A stretch of 15,600 bases of DNA from Pseudomonadota bacterium (GTDB taxonomy: Bacteria; Bdellovibrionota; Bdellovibrionia; Bdellovibrionales; SG-bin7): the NCBI GenBank assembly GCA_034439715.1, contig JAWXAY010000032.1, forward strand, positions 1 through 15,600, given 5' to 3'. Within the stretch, counting starts at the first letter, position 1; the number at the start of each line of letters is the position of its first letter. The position numbers and the translations under genes were made by a program. The notes under the pieces are model-generated. The model was given only the letters and a program-made list of their open reading frames with translations, made no database searches and had not been told where the DNA came from. Shown piece by piece: positions 1-8,646 of this stretch.

Positions 1-94
1 AAGACTTGCAAGTCGTGGTGAACAAGTGCCAACACCACTCGAACACGCCCGCAAAACTCGAGCCGCATAGTCAATAACCGCCCTTATGACTTGG

Positions 95-805
95 TTACAA
101 TAGGTCGATGACATGACGAAGTTGTTTCAAGCCATCCTTAAGAGGAGCGAGACGTTTGGAAGGAATGTTTTGAAAGTGTTCTTTGTTGTATGTAGGAAGG
201 CACTCCAACAAGTGGGCGACTCGTGCTTCAATTCCACTCATCTCCATTTCAATCTGACTCACCTCTCCAGTTAAAAGCAAAGTCTCTTCATCAAACTCAA
301 AATTTTCTGTCTCAGCCATATCGGCTTCTGTCAGGGCTTCCACTTCGGCGATGGCTCGTAAATTTTGATCTGACTCTAGTGAATTCAATTCTTTTGAAAG
401 TTCATTTCGCGTGAGCTTGCCAGTTAAAACTTCGACCGTGAGTTCAGCATATTTAGGTTCCGAGATATTCTGTTTCGCCAAGAGAAGTCGGTAAGCCGTA
501 TCCCAAGGAATCTTGTTGGGCTTTAGATTTTCTATGTGCTTGCGGTATTCATTCAGAACCGACAAGTGTTTAGAAATGGTTGAATAATCAAAAGAGAACT
601 CTGTACTACAATAAGCCTCGAAGGATTTGTGACCTTGTGCTTTGAATGATTTGTGTTCTCTGATTGTTTCCAAAGTTACCCAGAAAATCAAAAGACCTTT
701 CTGACAGTCGGCAAATCTTTCTTTTGCCTTCAATAGCAAGGTTTCATCTTGGTCATTCCTTCTCGTTAATTTTGTGTCTGTTTTAGGATTGTTGGTTGTT
801 GTCAT
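95..805 (-). CDS. Hypothetical mobile-element protein, putative DNA-binding (DUF3102-like segment)
   Basis: 236-aa ORF; GHKSFEAYCSTEFSFDYSTISKHL resembles the 'G-x-x-SFEEYC...HTH' segment common in phage/plasmid proteins; overlaps upstream gene. Confidence 0.6.
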   Translation of the reverse strand: MTTTNNPKTDTKLTRRNDQDETLLLKAKERFADCQKGLLIFWVTLETIREHKSFKAQGHKSFEAYCSTEFSFDYSTISKHLSVLNEYRKHIENLKPNKIPWDTAYRLLLAKQNISEPKYAELTVEVLTGKLTRNELSKELNSLESDQNLRAIAEVEALTEADMAETENFEFDEETLLLTGEVSQIEMEMSGIEARVAHLLECLPTYNKEHFQNIPSKRLAPLKDGLKQLRHVIDLL

Positions 806-1151
806 TTAATCTCCCTTGGCCTCTTGAAAAGTTGCGCGGCGCAACTTTTTTCTCGCCACTTACTGATTCTGAGTTAATCAGCTTTCTATGCTTCCGCTTT
901 TCAGTTTGAGTCATTTGATAGGGACGGTATGGATGGAGTGGACAAATCACTATCGAACAGTCGCGGATGCGCGAAACGGCGTTCTCAAATGCCATGCACT
1001 CGTGGCACTTCATTTTGAGGACTGCCGCTCGACCAGCTTTACCAATGAGCACTTTTTCAAGTCTTTTTTGAATTGGTGCCGGAGCCCTCTGTATGTACTC
1101 CCTTATTTTCTTGTCGTTATCATCAACCGTGATTTTCTCGGCTATTTTCAC
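783..1151 (-). CDS. Small phage-type zinc-finger protein
   Basis: KMKCHECM...IRDCSIVICPLHPYRPY (CxxC...CxxxxCPLxPYR); 4-nt overlap with rep-like gene. Confidence 0.7.
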   Translation of the reverse strand: MKIAEKITVDDNDKKIREYIQRAPAPIQKRLEKVLIGKAGRAAVLKMKCHECMAFENAVSRIRDCSIVICPLHPYRPYQMTQTEKRKHRKLINSESVSGEKKVAPRNFSRGQGRLNDNNQQS

Positions 1152-2083
1152 TTCAAACCTCGCTTTCTTATGAGTCCTGGGACTCTGTTAAACATCTTGG
1201 ACTCCCCAACGGAGAGCGGAGCTGACAGAAACTTGTCGAGGCGTTTCTGGAACTTGCCGCCAAGATCGTAGTTAGTGGAAATACGATATTTTTCTATTAC
1301 CTTTTTCATGCGATAAAAGTTTGAGCCGTCAATCCTTCGGAGTTGAGCCTCGGCTTCTTTTTGTCCACACACGTTAGAGAGAATCTGAAATAGGAGAATA
1401 TCTTTCCGTTGACTTGGCTTCGCCGCACTCACGTCGAATCCATAAAACTTGATTCTTCTGAATGGGTCCCTGATTTTCCAATACTGCGAAGCCTCACTAA
1501 ACCGAACTCCAATTTTAGATTCGTTGAGTCTTAATTCGATTCTTGTAGTAGGATTTTCGGGGCATTTACTCTGATGCCAGTGATGAGCATCATAAACGAC
1601 AACCTCGGTGCGAGTGGGTGAACCTAGATATAGACTCTCAGTCACGGAACCAAACTCAAGTGAGGTTGTTAGACGATAACGCCCATCCGTTCTCGAAAAA
1701 CCTCTTACGCGCATACCTCGCCGAGTGCGAGGAGTGTATATTTCAGCTTTGACCGTGTTGTATTCGGTGCCAACAAGATCAATGTTTAAGTGTTCACGCA
1801 ATATTTTAGGCTCGTCGAAGTCATCTACTACTGCATTTGTGAGAAGCTCACTAGCACGGAATGACGAGAACCCATTCGGATTAAAATCAATAACGGTGTA
1901 AGGAGCTTTAACCTTATTGTTCGTATGAAAGTAAACTCTTTGTCCTGTCACGAGAGTGGCAACAAACTCGTTTGTATAGGGGAACTTTGGTCTATACTTG
2001 TGTTTGATGTCTGCTATTAGAAGCAGATTCTTCATAAGAATTTTTTGTTCAGTCTTTAGAACTATCATATCAATCACCGCCAT
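1148..2083 (-). CDS. Divergent Rep_trans-superfamily replication initiator/relaxase-like protein
   Basis: IDFNPN, ILREHLNID (cf. isRxDxAxD), ESLYLGS...VVVYDA (cf. TxYxGS...xYdK), TRIELRL, in the order typical of Rep_trans. Confidence 0.6.
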   Translation of the reverse strand: MAVIDMIVLKTEQKILMKNLLLIADIKHKYRPKFPYTNEFVATLVTGQRVYFHTNNKVKAPYTVIDFNPNGFSSFRASELLTNAVVDDFDEPKILREHLNIDLVGTEYNTVKAEIYTPRTRRGMRVRGFSRTDGRYRLTTSLEFGSVTESLYLGSPTRTEVVVYDAHHWHQSKCPENPTTRIELRLNESKIGVRFSEASQYWKIRDPFRRIKFYGFDVSAAKPSQRKDILLFQILSNVCGQKEAEAQLRRIDGSNFYRMKKVIEKYRISTNYDLGGKFQKRLDKFLSAPLSVGESKMFNRVPGLIRKRGLK

Positions 2084-2267
2084 AGATTGTTCTCATGCTC
2101 ATCATATTGATGTAGTTGGAGTTGCCTGTAGAAAGACTGAATCGGTGAAACACGCTACTACTTTGCCTCGAATGCCGAGGAAGCAAGCCGACACAGGTGA
2201 AGTGAAAATGTCCGGTTAATTTTTTTGGAGAAGCCGTCTTTGGCTTACCGTGATTCGTCTCTTCCAT
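2070..2267 (-). CDS. Small hypothetical protein
   Basis: Fills operon gap, overlaps neighbours; ATG 2267 preceded by GGAAGGACGGCAGG. Confidence 0.3.
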   Translation of the reverse strand: MEETNHGKPKTASPKKLTGHFHFTCVGLLPRHSRQSSSVFHRFSLSTGNSNYINMMSMRTIYGGD

Positions 2268-2469
2268 CCTGCCGTCCTTCCGATTTATCAATTAGCTCTA
2301 AAATTGCGCCTTCCAGGCCATCTCGCCCGAACACTGACATTATTTTGCTGCGAAGGAGCATCCAATGAGGCGATGCACCCGCAACAACTTCAGCGGTATC
2401 GAGAAGAAATTTTCGGTGGCTTTTTAGTTCTTGGATGATTTGTTCGAGATCGTGTTTTCTAATTGCCAA
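2245..2469 (-). CDS. Small helical hypothetical protein
   Basis: 74-aa ORF, TTG start preceded by AAGGACGGACGG; protein-like amphipathic composition. Confidence 0.6.
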   Translation of the reverse strand: MAIRKHDLEQIIQELKSHRKFLLDTAEVVAGASPHWMLLRSKIMSVFGRDGLEGAILELIDKSEGRQDGRDESR

Positions 2470-2595
2470 GCCGTCCGTCCTTTCAAGCTCAATGAAGTAA
2501 CGGGCTTATAATAATCGAATTTGAATTTTCCTGTTTGATGTGGTCTGAGCGATAACTTTGTAAGCTGGAGTAAGACAGATTTGCAACATGGCTAA

Positions 2596-3213
2596 CTAAG
2601 TCAGATTCTTAATCCATGTCCTAACGGTTTCTTGAGGAAGAATAGCATCGTGAGCACAAGCAATGCCGTTCAAATCGAGTTTTATTCTCCAGGTAATAAT
2701 CTCGGTCAAATATCTTGCTCGTGCTCTGGTGAGCTTGAGAACGTCACCCCAAAATTTGTTACTATCGACCCGTTGCAGTTCTTCATTGAAGTTGCGTACA
2801 AGTGAGCGAACCGTCCCATGGTCAATGTAACAGTTCTTTCTTTTAACTGGCTTCATTCTACTCCTCTTTTCAATTAGAACTTTTTCTTCTCGCCGTGTCC
2901 TTCCATCCTTTTTCGTTTGGTCGTTTTCGTCTGTTTGCATGATTTTGCCGAAACGCTTCCGAAACGGAATAGCACGTTCGTTGAAAGGAGCACTACAGGG
3001 CCTTTTCTTTGGAGCAGGAATTGCCAAAGCAAAAACATTTGAGTTTGGATTTTGAACCAATTCGCTCAGGCAAAGGCAACTTACTACAACGCCGCTGAGG
3101 TTCGATCTACACTTGAGATCAAAAGCCTCGATCTCTTTAATATTAGGTATCTCGTCCCGAAGGAAATTAAAATTGTAGCGTTTGGAATGTCGAGCTTCAT
3201 TTTTTATTTTCAT
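2596..3213 (-). CDS. Hypothetical basic protein
   Basis: Long ORF co-oriented with operon; ATG 3213 preceded by GGATGGACGGACGGACGG. Confidence 0.5.
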   Translation of the reverse strand: MKIKNEARHSKRYNFNFLRDEIPNIKEIEAFDLKCRSNLSGVVVSCLCLSELVQNPNSNVFALAIPAPKKRPCSAPFNERAIPFRKRFGKIMQTDENDQTKKDGRTRREEKVLIEKRSRMKPVKRKNCYIDHGTVRSLVRNFNEELQRVDSNKFWGDVLKLTRARARYLTEIITWRIKLDLNGIACAHDAILPQETVRTWIKNLT

Positions 3214-3245
3214 CCGTCCGTCCGTCCATCCATTCAACCCGCGAT

Positions 3246-3428
3246 CTATACTTCGATAGTCAAATTCTTATCTGCCAATGCCGACTCCAAGATGGCAGCA
3301 ATTAGACTCTGCCTTGTGACTTTTTCTTTTTTTGAAAGCCGATCAAGTTTTTGCATGATGGGCTTGGGGATTCTTACGGTGACCGTGCTTAGTTCATCAC
3401 CGCTGTACGAGCGTTTCACTATTTTCAT
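3246..3428 (-). CDS. Ribbon-helix-helix (CopG/Arc-like) DNA-binding protein
   Basis: TVTVRIPKPIMQKLDRLSKKEKVTRQSLIAAILESAL; GAGGTG SD upstream of ATG 3428. Confidence 0.8.
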   Translation of the reverse strand: MKIVKRSYSGDELSTVTVRIPKPIMQKLDRLSKKEKVTRQSLIAAILESALADKNLTIEV

Positions 3429-3473
3429 TTGTTTCACCTCTCATTGCCTCAGTATGACGGATGGTGAACCAAA

Positions 3474-3493
3474 TGCAATCTAAACAGATTGCA
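3474..3493. promoter_or_regulatory. Perfect 8-bp inverted repeat, putative operator
   Basis: TGCAATCT-aaac-AGATTGCA, plus a further AGATTGC copy at 3497-3503; overlaps the -35 box. Confidence 0.6.
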
Positions 3494-3517
3494 AATAGAT
3501 TGCGCAGCGCGTATAAT
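3489..3517 (+). promoter_or_regulatory. Sigma70-type promoter of recombinase gene
   Basis: TTGCAA-17 bp-TATAAT, 6 nt upstream of ATG 3524. Confidence 0.75.
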
Positions 3518-3523
3518 AAAGGA

Positions 3524-4147
3524 ATGAAGCCAAAACGCTATATTCTATATTTGAGAATCTCGACCGCTGAACAGAACAGCGATCTTCAGCGTCGGGAACT
3601 AGTTGAATACGCAAACCGACGTGGATGGACGTATGAAATTCTTGAAGACAAGGCGAGTGGCACCCATGCAAATCGTCCCGCACTTCAGAAGCTCTTACAG
3701 TTGGCTCGAAGCCGTAAGATTGATGGGATTGCCGTGTGGAAGTGTGACCGACTGTTTCGCAGCTTGAAACACGCGGTTGTCACATTGGCAGAACTTACCG
3801 AGCTTGGTGTTGAGTTTTATAGTCACAAAGATCAGATTGACCTTTCCACTTCCACGGGTCGGTTAATGGCAAATATGCTCATGGCATTCGCGGAGTTTGA
3901 AGCCGACCTTATTAAATCTCGCGTCGTTTCAGGACTCCAGGCCGCCAAAGCGAGAGGCGTCCAGCTAGGCCGTCCTAAGATTGTAAATGACGAAGTTATT
4001 CGGCAAGTGTTGGATTTGCGATTCAACCGTAAGTTGTCCATTCGTCAGATAAGTGAAGCACTAGCGCACAAAGTTTCAAAAACAAGTATCGAAAGAATCT
4101 TAAGAGATAACGACCCGTCAAAACCCACTTTAAAAAAGTCGGTTTAA
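3524..4147 (+). CDS. Small serine recombinase (resolvase/invertase family) with C-terminal HTH
   Basis: YLRIST catalytic Ser motif, SG...RPALQKLL, DRLFRS, GRLMANMLMAFAEFE, GRP + HTH (LSIRQIS). Confidence 0.95.
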   Translation: MKPKRYILYLRISTAEQNSDLQRRELVEYANRRGWTYEILEDKASGTHANRPALQKLLQLARSRKIDGIAVWKCDRLFRSLKHAVVTLAELTELGVEFYSHKDQIDLSTSTGRLMANMLMAFAEFEADLIKSRVVSGLQAAKARGVQLGRPKIVNDEVIRQVLDLRFNRKLSIRQISEALAHKVSKTSIERILRDNDPSKPTLKKSV

Positions 4148-4239
4148 GGGACGGATAGATTTCATCCTGAGTCCATCTTGCCACTCAACTTTGACCACTC
4201 AGAAAACTGTAGTTTTTGGCGGAAGCCGTAAGGAGATGT

Positions 4240-5094
4240 ATGCGCGTATTTTACGACAAGAGACAATCAGTCAAGGACAACCAGAGTTTCTCACCAAGCT
4301 CTCAGAAGTCTGCGTTGCTTGCAGCGGAGTGGAAGAGACTGGGACTTCCCGTGGACATTCAAACTTTCAAGCCCGCGACTCGAAGCGAACTCTATCAAGT
4401 ACACGACCGTGAGTATGTGGATGGCGTTCTCGATCTTAACCGTGACAATGGTTACGGCAATAGAAATCCAAAAGTCGCTCAGTCACTTCCGTGGGTCGTC
4501 GGTTCATTCCTCAATGCTGTGAAGTATTCGATGAAGACTCGACAGGATTCATGGAGTCTCACATCGGGTGCCCACCATGCCCATAAATCGTACGGTTCGG
4601 GTTTTTGCAGTTTTAACTTTCTCATGCTTGGAGCACTCGCTGCTAAGAATCTGGGAGCAAAGAAAATAATTTTGATCGACCTAGATCGTCACGCGCCAGA
4701 CGGATGCCGACAGATTCAAAAAGAAATCGGCCTAAGCGAGTTAAGTATCTATGCCTTCGGCGATCAAATGCTCCAGACGGTCGAAGATACCGAAGGTTGG
4801 CTCAAGAAATTGCCGCCAATTTTACTTTCGCTTTGTGACGGAGCCGATCTTGTTTTTTTCAATGCTGGAGTAGACCCAGCAACGACGGATTTTTTGGGCG
4901 GGTTGATGACTGCCGAACAAATGTCTCGCCGAGATCGCCTCGTCTTTGAAACAGCAAAGATGTTTAATGTGCCCGTCGTTGTCTCTCTCGCGGGCGGTTA
5001 CTCTCGTGACAGTAAAGGAACCCCTCGGCCCACAGTTGAATTGCATACAGAGACGATGCGGCAGCACCTTTTAGTTCACGGAGTTCAATCATGA
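4240..5094 (+). CDS. Histone deacetylase (HDAC/AcuC/APAH) superfamily Zn-dependent amidohydrolase
   Basis: VHDREYV, GAHHA, GSGFCSFN, DLDRHAPDG, NAGVDP, LAGGY; AGGAG SD before ATG 4240. Confidence 0.92.
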   Translation: MRVFYDKRQSVKDNQSFSPSSQKSALLAAEWKRLGLPVDIQTFKPATRSELYQVHDREYVDGVLDLNRDNGYGNRNPKVAQSLPWVVGSFLNAVKYSMKTRQDSWSLTSGAHHAHKSYGSGFCSFNFLMLGALAAKNLGAKKIILIDLDRHAPDGCRQIQKEIGLSELSIYAFGDQMLQTVEDTEGWLKKLPPILLSLCDGADLVFFNAGVDPATTDFLGGLMTAEQMSRRDRLVFETAKMFNVPVVVSLAGGYSRDSKGTPRPTVELHTETMRQHLLVHGVQS

Positions 5095-5519
5095 CATCGC
5101 ATGAAACTATTATCGAATGCGCCAAGCGGCTTATTGAGCGAAATGAACTGGCTCGCGCTATTAGGTTGTTAAACAAAGCAGCGAAATGGTTTCCGCGTGA
5201 AGTAAACATCTGGAGGCTACTCGGTGTGGCTCAAGGAAGTAGCGGCAATCATCTAGGTGCTCGTGCTGCATTCTTAGAGGCCGTCGATCTTAATTTAGCC
5301 GACATTGATGTTGCCAATTTAATCACGACCTTCTGGCCGACCGACGAAGCAAAACAGGGCATTGAAATTTTGGAATCGCAGTTTGAAAGTCTTAGCCCCG
5401 CAGCAAAAGAAATTGCGATCAATAGTGTTTGCGAAGCAATGCGAGTGGGCGTCCTACAGTTCGACTGGCTTCCATCCGTCGTCCAGCAACATTACGTCAC
5501 GGTGTACGGCAAGCCGTAA
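5091..5519 (+). CDS. TPR-repeat protein
   Basis: AIRLLNKAAKWFPREVNIWRLLGVAQGSSGNHLGARAAFLEAVDL TPR pattern; ATGA overlap with HDAC gene. Confidence 0.75.
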   Translation: MTSHETIIECAKRLIERNELARAIRLLNKAAKWFPREVNIWRLLGVAQGSSGNHLGARAAFLEAVDLNLADIDVANLITTFWPTDEAKQGIEILESQFESLSPAAKEIAINSVCEAMRVGVLQFDWLPSVVQQHYVTVYGKP

Positions 5520-5535
5520 TACTGTACGGCTTGTC
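5508..5535. terminator. Stem-loop at end of HDAC-TPR operon (no U-tract)
   Basis: CAAGCCGTA (5510-5518) / TACGGCTTG (5525-5533) inverted repeat. Confidence 0.35.
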
Positions 5536-5602
5536 GGATATTCAGACGACTAGTCGTTGCTGCGTGGACTGCAATTAAAAAAGGGAGAACGATATTAGGT
5601 TC

Positions 5603-5899
5603 ATGGAAATTAAGATTGCCAAAAGTTTGACCGCACTTATGAAGCAACGAGGACTCTCATTGAGAGAGTTGTCGAAGCTCAGTGGTGTTCCTCCCACGAC
5701 GCTGAATGAGTGGCTATCGAATCGTCCACCTCGTAACCCAGTGCAAATAAAGAAAGTCGCTGAAGCGTTGGATGTGTCACTCAACTTTCTATTGTTCAAC
5801 GAAGAAGACAAACACGACCCACTCCAACGAATTTTGGTTGAGGATATATTCTCTGGAAATTTTCAGATCACTGTAAAGCGGCTGAAGTTCGATAAGTAA
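5603..5899 (+). CDS. XRE-family HTH transcriptional regulator
   Basis: LMKQRGLSLRELSKLSGVPPTTLNEWL...KVAEALDVSLNFLL. Confidence 0.92.
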   Translation: MEIKIAKSLTALMKQRGLSLRELSKLSGVPPTTLNEWLSNRPPRNPVQIKKVAEALDVSLNFLLFNEEDKHDPLQRILVEDIFSGNFQITVKRLKFDK

Positions 5900-5914
5900 A
5901 GGAGTGGGCAAATT

Positions 5915-6964
5915 ATGAATAAATTGATTTTACTTTCTATTATTTTGTCGTTGACGGGATGTGCCTCAGTCACTCCACAACAGGAGTCCGCTCGCAATGC
6001 ACTTCAGGAAAAACATTTTTATAAGTACGACTCTCATGAGGATTTTTTTCAGGCGATTGAGAAAAATAATTTGGCGGCGATCAAATTATATTTGGCATCC
6101 AGGGACAGCTATCCTTATAGCTCAAATACAGATCGTGAAGACCTAGAAACCATAGGGTGGTACGCGATGGAGCGAGCGTTAAATAAGCCGCCGATTCTAA
6201 CTGAGTTTCTCAAATTCAAGGTCACCCAGCAAGGTGCGAAGGATATGGTCTGGTCAGAGTGGAAAGTGAAGTGCCCTGAAAGTCGAGACGAGATATTTGA
6301 AGCATTGCTGAAATACGGCGGGAGTCCCAAAAACCCAAGTCGGGCCGCCCACAAGCTCGTCAACAATGGCTGTGTTGACGAATTAAAGAGATATTTGGCA
6401 CTTTATCCAGCGGGCGCACGGGGATTTTATACCGATTCCTACACCCGATTTGGAATTAGGTACGATGCTAATGATGGAAGCTCTACCATCGACAAAAAGA
6501 AGTACGATAACTACCTACAAATCGGGGCAATACTAAGAGAAGGAAATGAAAGGGAGTGCCAAGCTAAGGTCTTAGAGGCTTGCAAAGCCAATAGTGAACT
6601 GAATGAATATATGATCGCACTTAAGTCCAAATATGACTTATGGGTGACAGAAGAAGCCAAAAGAAAAGTAGGCGAAGCAGAGTTCGAAGCCGAAGCAAAA
6701 AAACAGGAGAAAGATGAAGCCAGCGGTAAATATGATTTTGACCGCGCCTGTGGAGCCTTAAATCAAATCGAGTTCGATAAACGCATAATTGCCGATGAGA
6801 AAAAAATCACCGCTCAATCAGGCGTGGTGAACAAAGCTGTTCTTTATGAAACGACCCGTCGCTTACAGGCAGACTATGGATTCCTGGACCACTTAAAGAA
6901 AGAATACAAAAAGAAGTCCGGCAAGGCATTCAATCCAAAGGACTGTGGTAAGGACAAGCAATAG
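5915..6964 (+). CDS. Lipoprotein of unknown function
   Basis: Signal peptide with lipobox LTGC; GGAG SD; weak ankyrin-like segment (IFEALLKYGG). Confidence 0.8.
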   Translation: MNKLILLSIILSLTGCASVTPQQESARNALQEKHFYKYDSHEDFFQAIEKNNLAAIKLYLASRDSYPYSSNTDREDLETIGWYAMERALNKPPILTEFLKFKVTQQGAKDMVWSEWKVKCPESRDEIFEALLKYGGSPKNPSRAAHKLVNNGCVDELKRYLALYPAGARGFYTDSYTRFGIRYDANDGSSTIDKKKYDNYLQIGAILREGNERECQAKVLEACKANSELNEYMIALKSKYDLWVTEEAKRKVGEAEFEAEAKKQEKDEASGKYDFDRACGALNQIEFDKRIIADEKKITAQSGVVNKAVLYETTRRLQADYGFLDHLKKEYKKKSGKAFNPKDCGKDKQ

Positions 6965-7071
6965 TTTTAAGGGCAGGCGTAGTGAACAAGGTTGTCGCCG
7001 AACTCACCAAACAACACGACGAATCTGAAGATCAAGACTGACTCTACTTTTCTACGTAGAAACTTTTGCCG

Positions 7072-7653
7072 CTATGCACCCTCATTCATTGCCGTTCGCT
7101 GTTTCCATTCGCGTTTGATTTCAATCAACGTGATGACATCGTCGTAGGTGAATTGATCGACAAGGGGGTCCGACTTCAAGTCCCGTGGTGGTTCGCAAGA
7201 GTGTATTGGCGAACAAGGCTCAGAGGTCTGCGCTGTACGCCGTTCAATCTCAGGTGCAATTCCCAATGCTTTCATGGCGACGGTCTGAGTGGTTTCAAGG
7301 CTTCTCATGTAGTCTACGAGTTCCTTGGACGAGAGCCTTCCTTTTTCACCCTTCACGGATAAGTCTCGCATGGTAAGTGCCGCTCCTAACTTTGCCGTCT
7401 TGAAGATTTGGTTATTGGTTTCGAGTGCGTCTTGCAGGAGAGCATCTTGCTTCGCCGAAAGTACGTTATTCTGAAGTTCTTGTCGTCGGGTATTCCATTG
7501 CAGGGCGGGTGCTTGCTGCATGACGTATCTATATCGCCGAGGCGTGAAGCCCTTCACATTGATAAGGAAGTCTCGAACAGATTTGTTCGCGTGGTTGGAG
7601 GCCCATTCAAACTGTAGGTCGTGAATCGAATTTACAACCTCACCCCTCGCCAT
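7072..7653 (-). CDS. Hypothetical phage-like helical protein (possibly terminase small subunit-like)
   Basis: AAGGGAG SD before ATG 7653; N-terminal HTH-like region followed by coiled coil; family assignment weak. Confidence 0.5.
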   Translation of the reverse strand: MARGEVVNSIHDLQFEWASNHANKSVRDFLINVKGFTPRRYRYVMQQAPALQWNTRRQELQNNVLSAKQDALLQDALETNNQIFKTAKLGAALTMRDLSVKGEKGRLSSKELVDYMRSLETTQTVAMKALGIAPEIERRTAQTSEPCSPIHSCEPPRDLKSDPLVDQFTYDDVITLIEIKREWKQRTAMNEGA

Positions 7654-7964
7654 TTTATCTCCCTTGTATGCCACGTCTGTACCATGCAGTGGCATCTCTT
7701 CTTCGGAAGACCGCGATCAATTCAGGTAACTTTCAGTAACCTCTTGTCTTGGACTCCGCAGGTCACTGGGACCGTTGGGTGTCCATAGGGCCTGATTGGC
7801 GAGCGAGTCGCACAGCGAGATGAAGAAGTCGAACTCAACATTGCTGTGACCTGATCATGCCCACGCTATTACTTCTTTGACCAGTTGGATTAACGCATCC
7901 TATGCTGAAATCCTGCGTCACAACATGAGAGACTGGAAAAACGGATGGAACCCTAGAGAACGGA

Positions 7965-8588
7965 GTGGGCGTCATTAAATCATTGCGTCCTAACTTCATT
8001 GTCGGCATTGGCGGCTCGGCGGGTGGTCTTAGCGCATACAAGGCGTTCTTGGACTCTTTGCCGTCTGATACTGGTATGGCCTTTGTCATTGTTGCTCATC
8101 TCATGCCCACCGCCAACAGTCAGTTGGCGCAAATTCTGTCACGTCACACGAAGATGAAAGTATCCCTGGCTTCTGCGGCGATGCCGATCTTCGCGAATCA
8201 CGTCTACGTAAATCAACCGAACGCCAAGATTCTAATTGAGAATTATACCTTCAAAGTTATTTCCCCGCTAACTCGTGAGGTGAATAAGCAAATAGATTTG
8301 TTTTTGACTTCATTAGCTGAGGCTATGGAGAAAAATGCGATTGGCATTATCCTCTCTGGTTCTGGCAGCGACGGCTCTGAAGGATGTAAACAAATCAAGG
8401 CAAAGGGCGGAGCAACCTTTGCTCAGGACAAGTCTGCCGAATTTACCGGAATGCCCGTCAATGCTCAAGCTACAGGCTGTGTTGACTTCGTTCTGCCTCC
8501 CAACAAAATTTCAGAAAAACTACAACGCTTGGTAAGCCCTTCACTAAATAAATGGCGCAGATTAGCGGCCAAGCAGGCTAAAAAATAA
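7965..8588 (+). CDS. cheB: Stand-alone CheB-type methylesterase domain
   Basis: GIGGSAGG, VAHL, ILSGSGSDG, MP..A, VDFVLPP; no receiver or CheR domain. Confidence 0.9.
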   Translation: MGVIKSLRPNFIVGIGGSAGGLSAYKAFLDSLPSDTGMAFVIVAHLMPTANSQLAQILSRHTKMKVSLASAAMPIFANHVYVNQPNAKILIENYTFKVISPLTREVNKQIDLFLTSLAEAMEKNAIGIILSGSGSDGSEGCKQIKAKGGATFAQDKSAEFTGMPVNAQATGCVDFVLPPNKISEKLQRLVSPSLNKWRRLAAKQAKK

Positions 8589-8646
8589 GTTTCTTTGGGC
8601 TATTATTGAAAACATGAAAAAAGAGTTCGTTGTGAGCAGCTTGGTT

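Noticed and set aside
3461..3523. Longer N-terminus of the resolvase from ATG 3461
   Set aside because: Would run through the consensus promoter; family similarity starts after Met 3524
4223..5519. AAGCCGTAA flanking HDAC-TPR as a target-site duplication
   Set aside because: The same 9-mer also occurs at 3709 inside the resolvase; no transposase or terminal inverted repeats
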